The translations under genes and the position numbers were made by a program. A stretch of 64,000 nucleotides of DNA from positions 1 through 64,000 of the forward strand of contig JAADVB010000027.1 of the NCBI GenBank assembly GCA_023334545.1. Direction: 5' to 3'. This stretch comes from Salisapilia sapeloensis CBS 127946 (taxonomy: Eukaryota > Protista > Oomycota). Positions 11,268 through 22,521 of the stretch are shown one piece after another; position 1 is the stretch's first letter, and each line of letters starts with the position of its first letter. The notes beneath the pieces were generated by a model that was not told the DNA's origin, made no database searches, and saw nothing but the letters and a program-made list of their open reading frames with translations.

Positions 11268-12785
11268 ATGGCCGCGCTCGACAACCCCAACGACGTGTAC
11301 ACCGCTGCCAACAACGACTCGGACAGCGCCAGCCACACCAACCCGAGTGAGCCCAAAGACGCCTTGGTGCTCAAGCCCAACGCCATCCTCTACACGAGTG
11401 TGCTCGTCTCCTTCCTCCTTCCGCTCCAGTACGGTTGGAGTACCAGTCAATTGAATCTGAACAAATTCAACAATGAAGACGACTGTAACGCTGACCCGGT
11501 CCAAGAAGGAACGTGTGTCATGTTCCCGGGTCACTCCAAGCTCCAGTGGACCTTTGCCGTCAACGCATGGATTCTCGGAGGTATGATCGGTGCACTCTCG
11601 ATTGGTCGCTTCTCTGACCGCTTCGGTCGTGTCCCCAGTCTGCGTGGCAACTGCGTCCTTATGGTCGTTGGCGCTGTCATCCAACTTGCTGTCTCCAATG
11701 TCTGGGCATTCGCTGCCGGCCGTTTGATTGCCGGTCTTGCTTCCGGTGGTGCCTCGGGTGTCGTCAGCTCCTACATTGGTGAGATCTCTCCTCCGCACCT
11801 CCGCAGTTCGCTCGGTGTCGGTTTCCAGATTTCTATCACGCTTGGTATTCTGATCGTCAGTCTCACCTTCTTCTTCGCCAACACCTCCAGCGGATGGCGA
11901 TACATTGCTGGCTTCCCGATTATTCTTGCTGGTCTCTTTGTCATCCTCTCGCCGATGCTTATGGTCCGAAGCCCAGTCTGGCTGCTCAACAAGGGCAAGG
12001 AAGATGAAGCCAAGAAAGAACTTGCTCGCCTCTACGGTGAAGAGAACGTCCCGATGGCCATGGCTTGGCTCCAGACCAAGCTCGAGGACTCGGACGATGA
12101 AGGTGCCGACGGTGCTGAACCCGTCAAGGACAACAAGCGTGCTCCCAGCATCTTCTCGTCGCTCCTCATTCGCCAGTTCCTTACGGCTACCTTCTTGGCC
12201 TGCTCCCAGCAACTCCTTGGTATCAACGCCGTCTTCTACTACTCGAGTGACCTCTTCACGAGCGCTGGTATTGATGACGACCGAATTGGTACGGTTATCA
12301 TTAACGTTGTGAATGTGGTGCCGACTCTGTTCGCCGGTATGCTATCCAACCGCTTCGGCAACCGTCCGATGGTTCTCACTGGTTTCGCCGGTATGCTTAT
12401 CAGCTGCATTGGTATCACCATTTCCCTGTCCACCGGCGTTGACTTCTTGTCCATCGTCTTCACGGCGCTCTACGTTGCATTCTTCGGTATCAGTATGGGA
12501 CCGCTCGTGTGGGTCATCCTGCCGGAACTCTTCCCGAACAACGCTCGTGCCACGGCCGTGTCCATCTGTGTCGCTCTTAACTGGCTGTCCAACTTGATTG
12601 TCGGTGTCGCGTACCCGTACATTGCCAGTGCTCTCGATGACCTAGGCTTCTTGCCCTTCATCGTTCTGCTCGCCATCTTCTTGCCGACTGCATGGTTCTG
12701 CGTCCCGGAGACGTTCGGCAAGTCTACCGATGAGATCCAGGAAATGTTCATCGGTGAGAAGAAGAACGCTCTCGCGGAAGCATAG
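11268..12785 (+). CDS. MFS sugar porter (GLUT/SLC2A-like), canonical paralog 1
   Basis: About 12 TM segments; SDRFGR, GEISPPHLR, QQLLGINAVFYYS, GPLVW and PETFGKS motifs; intronless. Confidence 0.95.
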   Translation: MAALDNPNDVYTAANNDSDSASHTNPSEPKDALVLKPNAILYTSVLVSFLLPLQYGWSTSQLNLNKFNNEDDCNADPVQEGTCVMFPGHSKLQWTFAVNAWILGGMIGALSIGRFSDRFGRVPSLRGNCVLMVVGAVIQLAVSNVWAFAAGRLIAGLASGGASGVVSSYIGEISPPHLRSSLGVGFQISITLGILIVSLTFFFANTSSGWRYIAGFPIILAGLFVILSPMLMVRSPVWLLNKGKEDEAKKELARLYGEENVPMAMAWLQTKLEDSDDEGADGAEPVKDNKRAPSIFSSLLIRQFLTATFLACSQQLLGINAVFYYSSDLFTSAGIDDDRIGTVIINVVNVVPTLFAGMLSNRFGNRPMVLTGFAGMLISCIGITISLSTGVDFLSIVFTALYVAFFGISMGPLVWVILPELFPNNARATAVSICVALNWLSNLIVGVAYPYIASALDDLGFLPFIVLLAIFLPTAWFCVPETFGKSTDEIQEMFIGEKKNALAEA

Positions 12786-12951
12786 GGCCTAGTCATACCG
12801 CTCAACATTCAAATATCTACCCGATAACAAAGTTCAGTTTTACACATCAACTCTTACTCTTGTCATTACATCTGCACCACTCTATTGTCTCTTCTTTGTC
12901 TTCACAAGCTACCAGTGTAGACTCTTCCGACGCATGGCCATGACTTCAGCT

Positions 12952-14615
12952 TTACAAAGTCAGTAACATCCTCTCCACATCATCTAACATCGTCCGTGCC
13001 GTCTGCGTAATACTTGTATCGCTTTCGTACGCTCGTCCAAACCTGCAGAAGCACAACATATCAGCCACTGCCGATTAATTTTAATCAGTAGCTGTCTACA
13101 TACACTGTCAACGAATGTCGCAGGTGCTCACGTGACTCCAGTAGAGCAGACCGTTTGTCAGAAGATGTGCATGCATCCATTCCAGATTCGTACAGCAACT
13201 TGCCAATCTGCATATAAAGGAGGCCACGGGATGGGAGGGCTAGTTTCGGAACGACCCATTCTGTGGCACTCAATTCCGCTCTGAGGTAGTAAACGGGAGG
13301 TTCCTGCTCTTTGCCTTTTACATCCATGTGGTCGATGAGAAAGTTGCCCAAATCTCGAGCCAACGATGCTTGGGTGGCGTTTCGGCGGTGATGCAGTTTG
13401 GACGATATCAGCCAGCACTTCTTGTAGGCAGTCCATTGGTGTTGGGCTGTAGGAAGAGACGGGATCTGACTCAAGAGAGACGAAAACTCTTTTGTGGCTT
13501 GCAGGATGCTTTCGTCAGAAGCACGGAAGCCACAACGAAGGCATTGAAATGGACAAGTAGCTGATAAAACGCCATTTTCATCGCAACTAGGATTCAAGCA
13601 CTTGTATCCGTCGAGATAGTCATCTTCCGTCGGTCTATCGGTACTCGTCGCCAACTGTGTCGAGCAGCGAGAGCATTCACATGTGAAAAAGTAGGATGAC
13701 TGGAGGGCTTGTTGGCGTTTGGGCGTGGATTCCAACAGCTCAGTGTAGGACACCTAGTGTTATACACACCAATAGGCGTTAGTCTTTCCCTTCGTATTCG
13801 TAGTGACGTACAAGACTTACCGTCAGCTCTTCGCCAATCTCTACGTGCCGTATAGCTCGAATGAACATCTTGTCATTCCGAAAGCTGACGATGCAGTTCG
13901 GGTAGCAAGAGTGATTGAGCATGGCAGCGTCAGGAAAGAGACCGATCGCAACCGGCGCGTTGACATCATTGGCGATCGTAAATGCGTTGCAGTTCACTCG
14001 ACAAAAGAGCAGCACAACGTCATCTTTTCGCCGCTTTAGAAGCTCTTCAAAAGATGCCTTCACATGATTGTACTCGGAACGGGTGATGAGCTGTATCACG
14101 AGAGCACTCATCTCTTCAAATTGTCCGATCTTCGTCTCGGCGTGCTCACCTGCAAGCGGATTTCACTCAGCCATAAACGACAATCACGAGAAGAAAAGAG
14201 TACCGTAGTGATGCTGGAGTTGGAGTACGCCTTGCATTTCTGTCGAGTTCGAATTGCTCGTGAAGAAGAGTTTGCAAGCTAATCGGAAGACGAGCAAAAC
14301 TGTCTGAGAGACGGATTTGCCGGACGCCATAGGAATCTCCTTCCATGCAGCACATTCCAATTTGTGTCCTCCCCTCCATGCATTTTGCTGACACTGTCGA
14401 CTGCAAAAGCGAAGACGCCGACAGCTTCCACACTTGCGGAGAATGACGTCTCTTGTGCTAGTCCGTAAGCACCAGTCGCATGCTGTTACGGACACGCGTG
14501 CAAAGGCAGACGACTCTAGAACACGTGTATATGGAAGAATGGGATGCAAGGCGACTCCTCCGCGGCCTCGTCCAGTCGAAATCGACTCGACAGCGAACAT
14601 TGGCTTTCGTGTCAT
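12952..14615 (-). CDS. SMYD: SET and MYND domain lysine methyltransferase (SMYD family); multi-exon
   Basis: MYND finger CDWC...CGSC...FCSRQCQ...HKLEC, SET motifs NCNAFTI and AMLNHSCYPN, post-SET YFFTCECSRC. Last exon spliced to TAA at 12952. Confidence 0.9.
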
Positions 14616-15880
14616 TTAAGTGTGTCCAGGTGTCAAGCCACGCCGCTGGCACTTTACGCCCGAAGTGACGAACCATTCAACAGAACGTATTATATTTCAA
14701 GCCAAAGCACCAATCATGCTGTCGGATATGTCAATTTCTCGTGTCTCTACTTCGACAAGAGCAGCGACTACCACCATTTTAAGACGCTGCATACGTGAGC
14801 CTGCAATGTGTCCGAAGAAAAGTGCTGGAAATGACATGGATGCCTAGACGAGCATCACATTCGCATTGTTACCAGCTTGCTTCATTGGTCCCAATGCGAT
14901 CAAAGCACAAGCCAGCTTAAAGTCGATGTCTACAGCTCCGACGAGATATGCCATGCAGATCGGGCGAAGAAGAGTCTTTACATCATGCTCCCGGGATATG
15001 TAAAACTCGAGCGGATGATTATGTCGAACGCATGGATTGGTGGAGAAATTATCAGTGCTCTCTTTCTGGATGCCTTTGGTCATCGAAAGGCTGAAATGTA
15101 TAGCTGCAGTGCCACTCTCATCATCGAGTTATGTGTACATCTGGGTAATGTCAGCCGGGTAGCTCATGTCTGGCTTCGCTTCTGAAAGCGCAACTTTCAA
15201 AAAGCAGTATTTCGACATCATTTGCGTCTAGATGGACCAGCAAATCTTCTCTAACAGCGCAGTAGCTTTCTACGCATGTGACTTTCCAAAAATGACAGCA
15301 TCAGCAATGACAAGATTTAGACAATCTTGATGAATGTCGTCAGTGTGACACCGACATACCTTGCAGGTAGCGGTCTACACGCTTTGGTAATTGATGGTGC
15401 TCTGTACAGACCCTTCGTCTCGCTCACCGGTACTATAGGCATGATAACCGCGTTGCTCATGAGCATCTTGTCAGTATCCTTTCCTCTTCACAGCAACGGA
15501 TGTTATTGAATAGGAGGTCGGACAAGATACTATCACGCAGGCCATCCTGTCTCACCTTCTACCAAGTTCAGCATGTGCAAATGCTGTGTTCATTTGCTTA
15601 AGCTCGAGTTGGCTTTCCGATTTTATTGGTGGCCTTAGTCATCCTTACCTATTGTCTCCTTAAAACGACTTGAGCTTTGTGTCTTTTGACGTCCTTTACA
15701 GCGTCGAAAGTCATCTCCTACTTGAGCATATCGTTGACTGGAAAGTATATGACAGAGGATATCTAGACGCAATTTCAAAAGAAGCATTAGCCGAACCAGT
15801 AAGCGCTACAGCACTTTAAACAATTCATTGTATGGCTGGTCTATCGCTACTCTTCGCTTGCCCTATCGCCCGCTCATTTC

Positions 15881-16916
15881 CTACGAGTCTTCGTCTGTCA
15901 TCCGAAACGGAGGGCCGGCCGCAGGTTGGATGATGCGGCTCACGTCCACTAGTTTGGACTTGAGCAGCCCATGGTACAGTCCAGCACTCACGGACGCATT
16001 AAACTGGAACTTTTTCGCTTCTTCCTCCGTCAGCACCTGCTTCGTCGGACCTCGATGAGGCCTTTTCTCCAACTTTGATAGGAAGCGGAGGACTTGGTCC
16101 ACCGACTTGGCACTAGTGTCGCTTCCGACTGTTATCTCCACAGGCGAAACGAGTAAGCACGGGTAGAAAAATCGGACGCCTAGAAATCGTTCAGGCGTTA
16201 CGAGGTTGCTCCTACGTATCGTTCAGCATGATTAGTTGTGATTCCCACCTCTCAGCAAGTCCAGGGACAAAAGCGTACTGTATAGAGTCAATGGTCAGGT
16301 TGATGGTGCTCGTCGCAAGGACGGTCGAAAGAGAACATATCTTTTCCAGTTCCTGGAACAGCTTGGTCTTTGCAGTCAGGTCGTCCGGGATCTATGCTCA
16401 TAGAGCAAGTGGTGAACTCTGTTATGTTTTTCATACCTACTTATCCTTCATACCGCCTCGAGGACGACGTCAGCTTCTGCACAGCCGCTCAAATCCGACA
16501 CAAAGTTGATGCCATTTGATGCTTCCGTCACCATGCGCTTCGTGATGTAGCCGAGGTGAAGTAGCGGAGTCAGTAGCTCATACGCCGACGTTGAGAGCTA
16601 ATGTTTTCATATCAGTCGATGCTGGATCGAAGTTGTAAACTAGGAACTCTACCATAGATGCGATGTTTGGATCCCTGTCGATAACAGTGACTTGAACGCC
16701 TTGCAAAGACAGATCCACTGCAATGCATCTATGCCAGTCGCATATATGTTAAAGATATCGATCATGAGTCCATTTACGAGCACTAGAATCGTACTTGCCG
16801 AGAACCCCTGCGCCAACGATGGCTACTCTATAGTGCGCCGCCTCGCAGGAAACAAGATTCCGCTCCAGGTTGCGGTAGGCAGAGAGGGGAAGCGGGGCAG
16901 GCGCGCCATGGGACAT
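15881..16916 (-). CDS. 3-hydroxyacyl-CoA dehydrogenase NAD-binding-domain protein, truncated and lacking the catalytic His; about five exons
   Basis: Spliced translation gives RVAIVGAGVLGKCIA...VIDRD, ADVVLEAIPDDLTAKTKLFQELEKICSLSTVLATST, ERFLGVRFFYP...VEIT. It is only partly represented in the ORF track. Confidence 0.8.
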
Positions 16917-17529
16917 CTTTGAAAGACAGACTTTTGTGCCAGGTCCAGTTGGTGGATGGGTACCATAAAAGCGGAGAAATTGCACGATGCGAACGTTATT
17001 TTATTAGACATATTCAGAGTTTCGTGTGGTCGAAGCCTTCCGATGTGGCAATTGCTAGCTGTACCTCCGGTACAACATCAAGGGAGCGTGCGAAATGGTG
17101 ATTGTCCGACGAGTATCGGCAAAGCGGTGCCGAGCATGATCAGTGAGTAAGAGAATAATCATAAAATAGGATTGCGCGGATCGATTAAGACGTGAGGAAA
17201 AATGCATTCAATGCGCATACAAAATAGTGATAAATTGGTTGACATTTTATGAGATCGTGGACTTGACGCGTGATAAGACTGCTTGAAGTTTCGGTCTTTC
17301 ATCTTGATTAGAGGAGCAAACGCGACCAGGGCGAGATGCCGAAGAGCATTTTACAAACGAAACAGACTCGTCTATAGCTTCTAATACATCATTAGTTCAT
17401 ACACCGCTTCAGCACTATCCTCCAAAGACGTTAGAGGTCAACCTCGTTGACTGCTGTTCCCGTTGACCGCTCGCTTGCTCTCTCCACGACAGCCGATTTG
17501 CCGCCGACGCTGTTCTATCTGTGTCTTCC

Positions 17530-17545
17530 TCACTTTTCAATCTCC
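17530..17545 (+). promoter_or_regulatory. Oomycete Initiator+FPR-like core promoter of sugar transporter 2
   Basis: TCACTTTTCAATCTCC, 45 nt upstream of the ATG at 17575; supports that ATG over the GTG at 17521. Confidence 0.5.
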
Positions 17546-17574
17546 TGTACGCTCTCAAATTGCAATCACATTTC

Positions 17575-19101
17575 ATGTCAGCAAAGCTATCGCCGCGTCA
17601 AGGCGACATGAACGTCAAGACACCGGTCATCGACGAGCAACCTACCACGCACTACGAAGACCTGCTCAAGGAGCCAGAACACAAGTTGAAACCACGCTTG
17701 ACGCTCTACACGAGCATCATCGTCGCCATGGTCGTTGGTGTGCAATACGGCTGGAGCATCTCCCAGCTTAATCTTTCGACTTTCCATGACTCAGATGACT
17801 GCAACGCTCGCCCTGTACCCGAAGGTCGGTGCTTGATGTTCCCAGGACACTCGGACCTCGAGTGGGTTTTTGCTGTCAATGGCTGGATCTTTGGAGGCAT
17901 GATCGGATCCCTTGGCACTGGTCACTTTGCCAAGCGCTATGGTCCAAGGAATACATTGCGAGGTGCATGTGGCATTATCATCATCTCGGTTGTCATCCAA
18001 ACAAGTTCTTATAACGTCTGGCAATTTGTCGTTGGCCGTCTAGTAGCTGGGCTTGCATCCGGTGCCTCCTCTAGTATCATCAGTGCCTACATTTCGGAAG
18101 TTTGTCCACCGCATCTTCGTAGTGCGTTTGGCGTCGGATTTCCACTCGTGTTGTGTATCTCCATCTTACTCGTTGCCATCGCCTTCTTCTTTGCAGACAC
18201 ATCCAGCGGATGGAGATATATGGCAGGCTTCCCACTGATCCCGACAGCCATCTACTTGGTCGGGTCTTTCACTGTGATGGTAGAGAGCCCGCCATGGCTT
18301 CTTGTACAGGGTCGAAGAGAAGAAGCAAAGCAGGAACTTGCTCGTCTGTACGGCGAAGAGGGCGTAGTCATAGCTCTTGCGTGGATCGAGCCCAATGGTG
18401 ACGAGTCTCGCATCAGTCAATCCTACAGCGACTTGGGTGACGACATTGTCCATCCGCTTCACGATGGTAAAACGCCAACACTATTCTCAAGGGAAATGAT
18501 ACTGCAGCTATTGGTTGCGCTTGGCGTGATCGGTTCCCGTCAGATGTGCGGCATAAATACTGTATTCTACTACTCTGCTGGTCTGTTTGTCGACGCTGGC
18601 ATTGAAGATGATCGTATTGGGACGATTATCATCAACGGCGTCAACTGCATCCCACCCTTAATAGCTGGTGTGCTTGCCACAAAACTCGGCAACAAGAAGA
18701 CCCTCATTTCAACGTCATTTTGTGGAATCCTAAGTCTCATTGGGCTTACGATTGCTCTCGTCACCGACGTTTCCGCGCTCTCGATCGTCTTTACGGCTAC
18801 ATTCGTCATCTCCATCAATGCCGGATTGGGTGCATTGGCGTGGGTCGTGGCAGCGGACGTCTTCCCAGACGAGGTACGACCGAGTGGATTCGCGCTCTGT
18901 GTTGCCTCACAATGGTTAGCAAACCTTATCGTCGGTGTTGGATACCCATACCTTGCATCCGCAATAGGGACGCTGCGTTACGTCCCTTTCATTGGCATCT
19001 TGGTCATCGCCATTCTCTTCATGATGATGGAACTCCCGGAAACCTCAGGAAAGACGAACGAAGAAATCCAGCAATACTTTCAGAAACGCCGAAACAAGTA
19101 G
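17575..19101 (+). CDS. MFS sugar porter-like protein, divergent paralog 2
   Basis: Colinear with paralog 1; SEVCPPHLR, RQMCGINTVFYYS, PETSGKT; intronless. Confidence 0.93.
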   Translation: MSAKLSPRQGDMNVKTPVIDEQPTTHYEDLLKEPEHKLKPRLTLYTSIIVAMVVGVQYGWSISQLNLSTFHDSDDCNARPVPEGRCLMFPGHSDLEWVFAVNGWIFGGMIGSLGTGHFAKRYGPRNTLRGACGIIIISVVIQTSSYNVWQFVVGRLVAGLASGASSSIISAYISEVCPPHLRSAFGVGFPLVLCISILLVAIAFFFADTSSGWRYMAGFPLIPTAIYLVGSFTVMVESPPWLLVQGRREEAKQELARLYGEEGVVIALAWIEPNGDESRISQSYSDLGDDIVHPLHDGKTPTLFSREMILQLLVALGVIGSRQMCGINTVFYYSAGLFVDAGIEDDRIGTIIINGVNCIPPLIAGVLATKLGNKKTLISTSFCGILSLIGLTIALVTDVSALSIVFTATFVISINAGLGALAWVVAADVFPDEVRPSGFALCVASQWLANLIVGVGYPYLASAIGTLRYVPFIGILVIAILFMMMELPETSGKTNEEIQQYFQKRRNK

Positions 19102-19115
19102 ATTAAAGTCGTGCG

Positions 19116-19552
19116 TAGACTCTGGAAACTTAGCCGTCCAGCATGTTAGAAAGTGTCTACAGTCACCAACTTCGAGATAGTTTAGGGCGTTAGTAAACGT
19201 TTGTGAGATTTCGCAGTTCTTGAATGCTATTTTGTATGGTGTAACCATGGAGATGGAACTTAGGCAGCTAACGATTTTTGTTCATAGGCTGAAGTAGGCA
19301 ATCTACTACATAGAAAAAGCGTATCTCCTCCCTGGAATCGCTCCGGCAGTCTCCACAGCTGTCGTGCATCAATTTGTAGGGTTTGGTGTTTTGGATTATA
19401 AGCTACGATCATTGGCTAGTCCAGCAATTAACGTAGCCCATATGCAATTAAGTACGAACTGTGTACTAAACCACCTTAATGTTGGTGACTGTAGACGTTT
19501 TTTATGTACGAATACCACATAACGTGTTGGATGCCCAAGTTACCAGAGTCTA
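19116..19552. repeat. Imperfect inverted repeat (MITE-like remnant or shared 3'UTR element) between convergent transporter genes
   Basis: 19116-19148 matches the reverse complement of 19520-19552 at 27/33. 19155-19170 is the exact reverse complement of 19481-19496 (16/16). Confidence 0.75.
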
Positions 19553-19556
19553 AAAG

Positions 19557-19577
19557 TGCTTAGTGCTTAGTGCTTAG
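19557..19577. repeat. Short tandem repeat (TGCTTAG)x3
   Basis: Three exact heptamers directly outside the right arm of the inverted repeat. Confidence 0.7.
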
Positions 19578-19743
19578 GCATCTTCTAAACGGACTATAAG
19601 CCCAGCAGAAATGCAAGCCACAATTTACTTGAACGGCATGCCTAACATCAATCCTGCTGTATTGTACGCGGACGAGAGACTTGTAGGAAATGTATTAAAA
19701 CCTATACTTGAGCTAGAATGAAACTGTCGGAATTTACTTGTCC

Positions 19744-21264
19744 TTACGCACGTGCGGCAGCCTGACGCCGCTTCAGCCGATCCTGAAATATCCCCTGAAT
19801 CTCTTCATTCGATCGGCCTTGAGTCTCTGGTACTAGACACCAAAGGAAGAGAACTATCAGCGCCATGATGACTATGAATGGCACGTAGCGAAGCGATCCT
19901 AGCGCAGATGAAATGTACGGGTAGCCGATACCAATGAACAAGTTGCTAAACCATTGGCAGGCGACGCAAAGAGCGAACCCGCTTGCACGTGCGTAGTCAG
20001 GGAGGACGTCAGCTGCTACGACCCAGGCCAAGGCCCCAAGTCCTGAGTTAAGAGTAAGCACGAACGTACACGTGAAGACGATCGAAAGCTCCGAAATGTC
20101 CGCAATGAGTGCAATGGTAGTACCGATGTGACTTATGAAAGCACCCGTGGACATCCAGAGAAGCGTCTTTCGATTACCAAACTTGGTGGCAAAGACTCCG
20201 CCTATCACTGGCGGTAGCATATTGACACAGTTGACCACGACGGTTCCAATACGGTCGTCCTGGATACCCGCGTCTGTAAAGAGCGTAGAGCTGTAGTAGA
20301 AGACAGTATTCAAGCCTGAGAGCTGCCTGGATGCTATTGTTCCCATTCCGATAATTAGTTGAGGAAGCACGGACTTGGAAAACAGCGCCGGGGTCTTGCC
20401 TTCGTGAATCGGTTTGATAATGTCTTCGGCTAGGTCACTGTAGGAGCTGCTGATGTGCTGACTGTCCGTTCGAGTCGTTTCAATCCAGCCCAAAGCCATG
20501 GACACGTTTTCTTCCCCAAAAAGTCTTCCCAGTTCATGCTCAGCTTCATTGCGTCGACCTTTTAGTAGCAGCCAAGGCGGACTTTCCACCATCACTGTGA
20601 ACGATCCAACGAGATAGAGGGCGCTCGGAATCAACGGGAAGCCGGCGATGTACCGCCAACCGCTAGAGCTTTCGGCAAAGAAGAACGAGACAACGACCAT
20701 CAAGCTTGACGTCGCGATAGCAAAGGGCAGCATCACGCCCATGGAACTCCGCATGTGAGGCGGAGCCACTTCTTGGATATAAGTTCCAACGATACTAGAA
20801 CATGCACCAGAAGCAAGACCGCCAATGAAACGGCCGGCAGCGAATTGCCACACGTTAAAAGAGCTGGCCTGGATGATGGCAGCTACGATAGCAATCACGC
20901 TAACGCCACGCAATGTGGCTCGTGGACCGTAACGGGAAGAGAAATGGCCAGCACAGAGAGAACCCACCATGCCGCCGAAGATCCAGCCATTCACGACAAA
21001 AAGCCACTCGACTTCGCTATGACCTGGGAACATTAAGCATGTGCCATCAGCGATGGTCGCAGCGTTGCAGTCATCTTTGTTGTTATACGCTGTGAGGTTC
21101 AGTTGTGATATACTCCAGCCATACTGCAGAGCAGTTAGCAGCGAGCACAAGATGCTCGTGTACATTATTTGATTCGGCTTCACAAGTTCGAGCGGGTCCT
21201 CCAAGAGGTCCTTGTACTGCGTATGCGGCCCGGTATCCGGCGGTGGTGTCTCGACATCTCTCAT
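19744..21264 (-). CDS. MFS sugar porter-like protein, divergent paralog 3 (inverted)
   Basis: QEVAPPHMR, RQLSGLNTVFYYS, PETQGRS; intronless; closest to paralog 2. Confidence 0.93.
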   Translation of the reverse strand: MRDVETPPPDTGPHTQYKDLLEDPLELVKPNQIMYTSILCSLLTALQYGWSISQLNLTAYNNKDDCNAATIADGTCLMFPGHSEVEWLFVVNGWIFGGMVGSLCAGHFSSRYGPRATLRGVSVIAIVAAIIQASSFNVWQFAAGRFIGGLASGACSSIVGTYIQEVAPPHMRSSMGVMLPFAIATSSLMVVVSFFFAESSSGWRYIAGFPLIPSALYLVGSFTVMVESPPWLLLKGRRNEAEHELGRLFGEENVSMALGWIETTRTDSQHISSSYSDLAEDIIKPIHEGKTPALFSKSVLPQLIIGMGTIASRQLSGLNTVFYYSSTLFTDAGIQDDRIGTVVVNCVNMLPPVIGGVFATKFGNRKTLLWMSTGAFISHIGTTIALIADISELSIVFTCTFVLTLNSGLGALAWVVAADVLPDYARASGFALCVACQWFSNLFIGIGYPYISSALGSLRYVPFIVIMALIVLFLWCLVPETQGRSNEEIQGIFQDRLKRRQAAARA

Positions 21265-22521
21265 GGTGTGGTTGGGCGTTTATTCCGAGGAGAGAGGGAT
21301 CCGGAGCGCACGTTGAATAATGGTTTATCGGGGCGAGGAGCATCGTTTACTCATACGACTGTCCGAAAGGGTGGTATAGCCGATTCCAATCACGTGATTG
21401 CAGATGTCTGATTGCTCGGTGATTTGTTGTTTTCTCGCGCTGTACCTCTTGCAGATATCGACGACGATGCGCATTACCTCTCGATTAACACGGATATACC
21501 TAAGGCTATACTTTCATGCCACGCAGTAGAATGTGATGACTACTATCTATCGTGGAGTAATAAAAAGATGCTGCTTTGTCATAGTAACCCAGGGTGCCAA
21601 AGTTCAATAGGCGCACAAATGAGCTGGTACTTTAAGCGACACATACACGTGCAGCACGTCAGACGCCCCTTCTCGGAAAGCCGTATATCGTTTCAACGTG
21701 GCAAGAAAGGATTGACACCCATACTTGAAGTTCAGTCTACCTGCTGAACTCCAGACGGTCGGAGTATGAAGCGACGAAACAAGCTGCACACACGTGTACG
21801 GGCGCATTGCGGCCCTTTCAGTCTCAAAGAGCCTTACTACTCGTCCGCTTGTAACCGACAATTTCTGAACTTCCAAGTGTGCTTTTTGGACGAGTCTTTT
21901 GGTAGAGCAGTTGGAGCAGCCGAAGCATACAAATCGCACACTTTTCAAGCAATCTTGTCCGGCTTTCATATTTGTTGGTTCAGCGATAGAATAAAGGATT
22001 GGTGTTGATGCAATGGATCAGACGTGATTGTGCATTGCGCCAAAGATATGCTACTCATTTGCTGTGGTCAGATCAGCCCTGTAGTCCAACCCGGTACCCT
22101 ATCACGGATTGCTCGACCCATCATTCAACAAATGAATGTCTGTGTACTGTGATGTGACTAGCTGCATGACAGTGCTCCAGTATAGATGGCTCAGTTCAAG
22201 AAAGAGAAATGTACAGCCAATGTTGAATAAGGAGTTTTGTGCTCGAATGAGCCACGACAACTATTATGCATTCGCCTTCACTGCGCTTCTAATTTCATTA
22301 AGCCTAAAGGTAACACGTGCGATGGATGCGGTCGGTCTTCATGTTATTTAGTTCGATATACTTCTTTGCTTGCATAACATCTTCCTGCTACCTGACAGAG
22401 TATTATAGGATGTATGTCTATTTGTTCCTTGTACCTTTTGCCAACCACCTAGCAAGCATGCACGCATAGCCACTATGGTCGTATGGTGGTAAGCTGCAAA
22501 GCCCGATTGACACAGGATACT

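Noticed and set aside
11241-12212. 323-aa antisense ORF over transporter 1
   Set aside because: Shadow of strong codon bias on the coding strand; no independent motifs.
4388-15380. 14-mer GTGTAGACCGCTAC shared in opposite orientation near 4388 and 15367
   Set aside because: Many 14-mer matches are expected by chance in 64 kb, and the flanks are unrelated.
21412-22351. Short ORFs between transporter 3 and APC5 as a TE remnant
   Set aside because: No transposase, RT or integrase motifs, and no terminal repeats seen.
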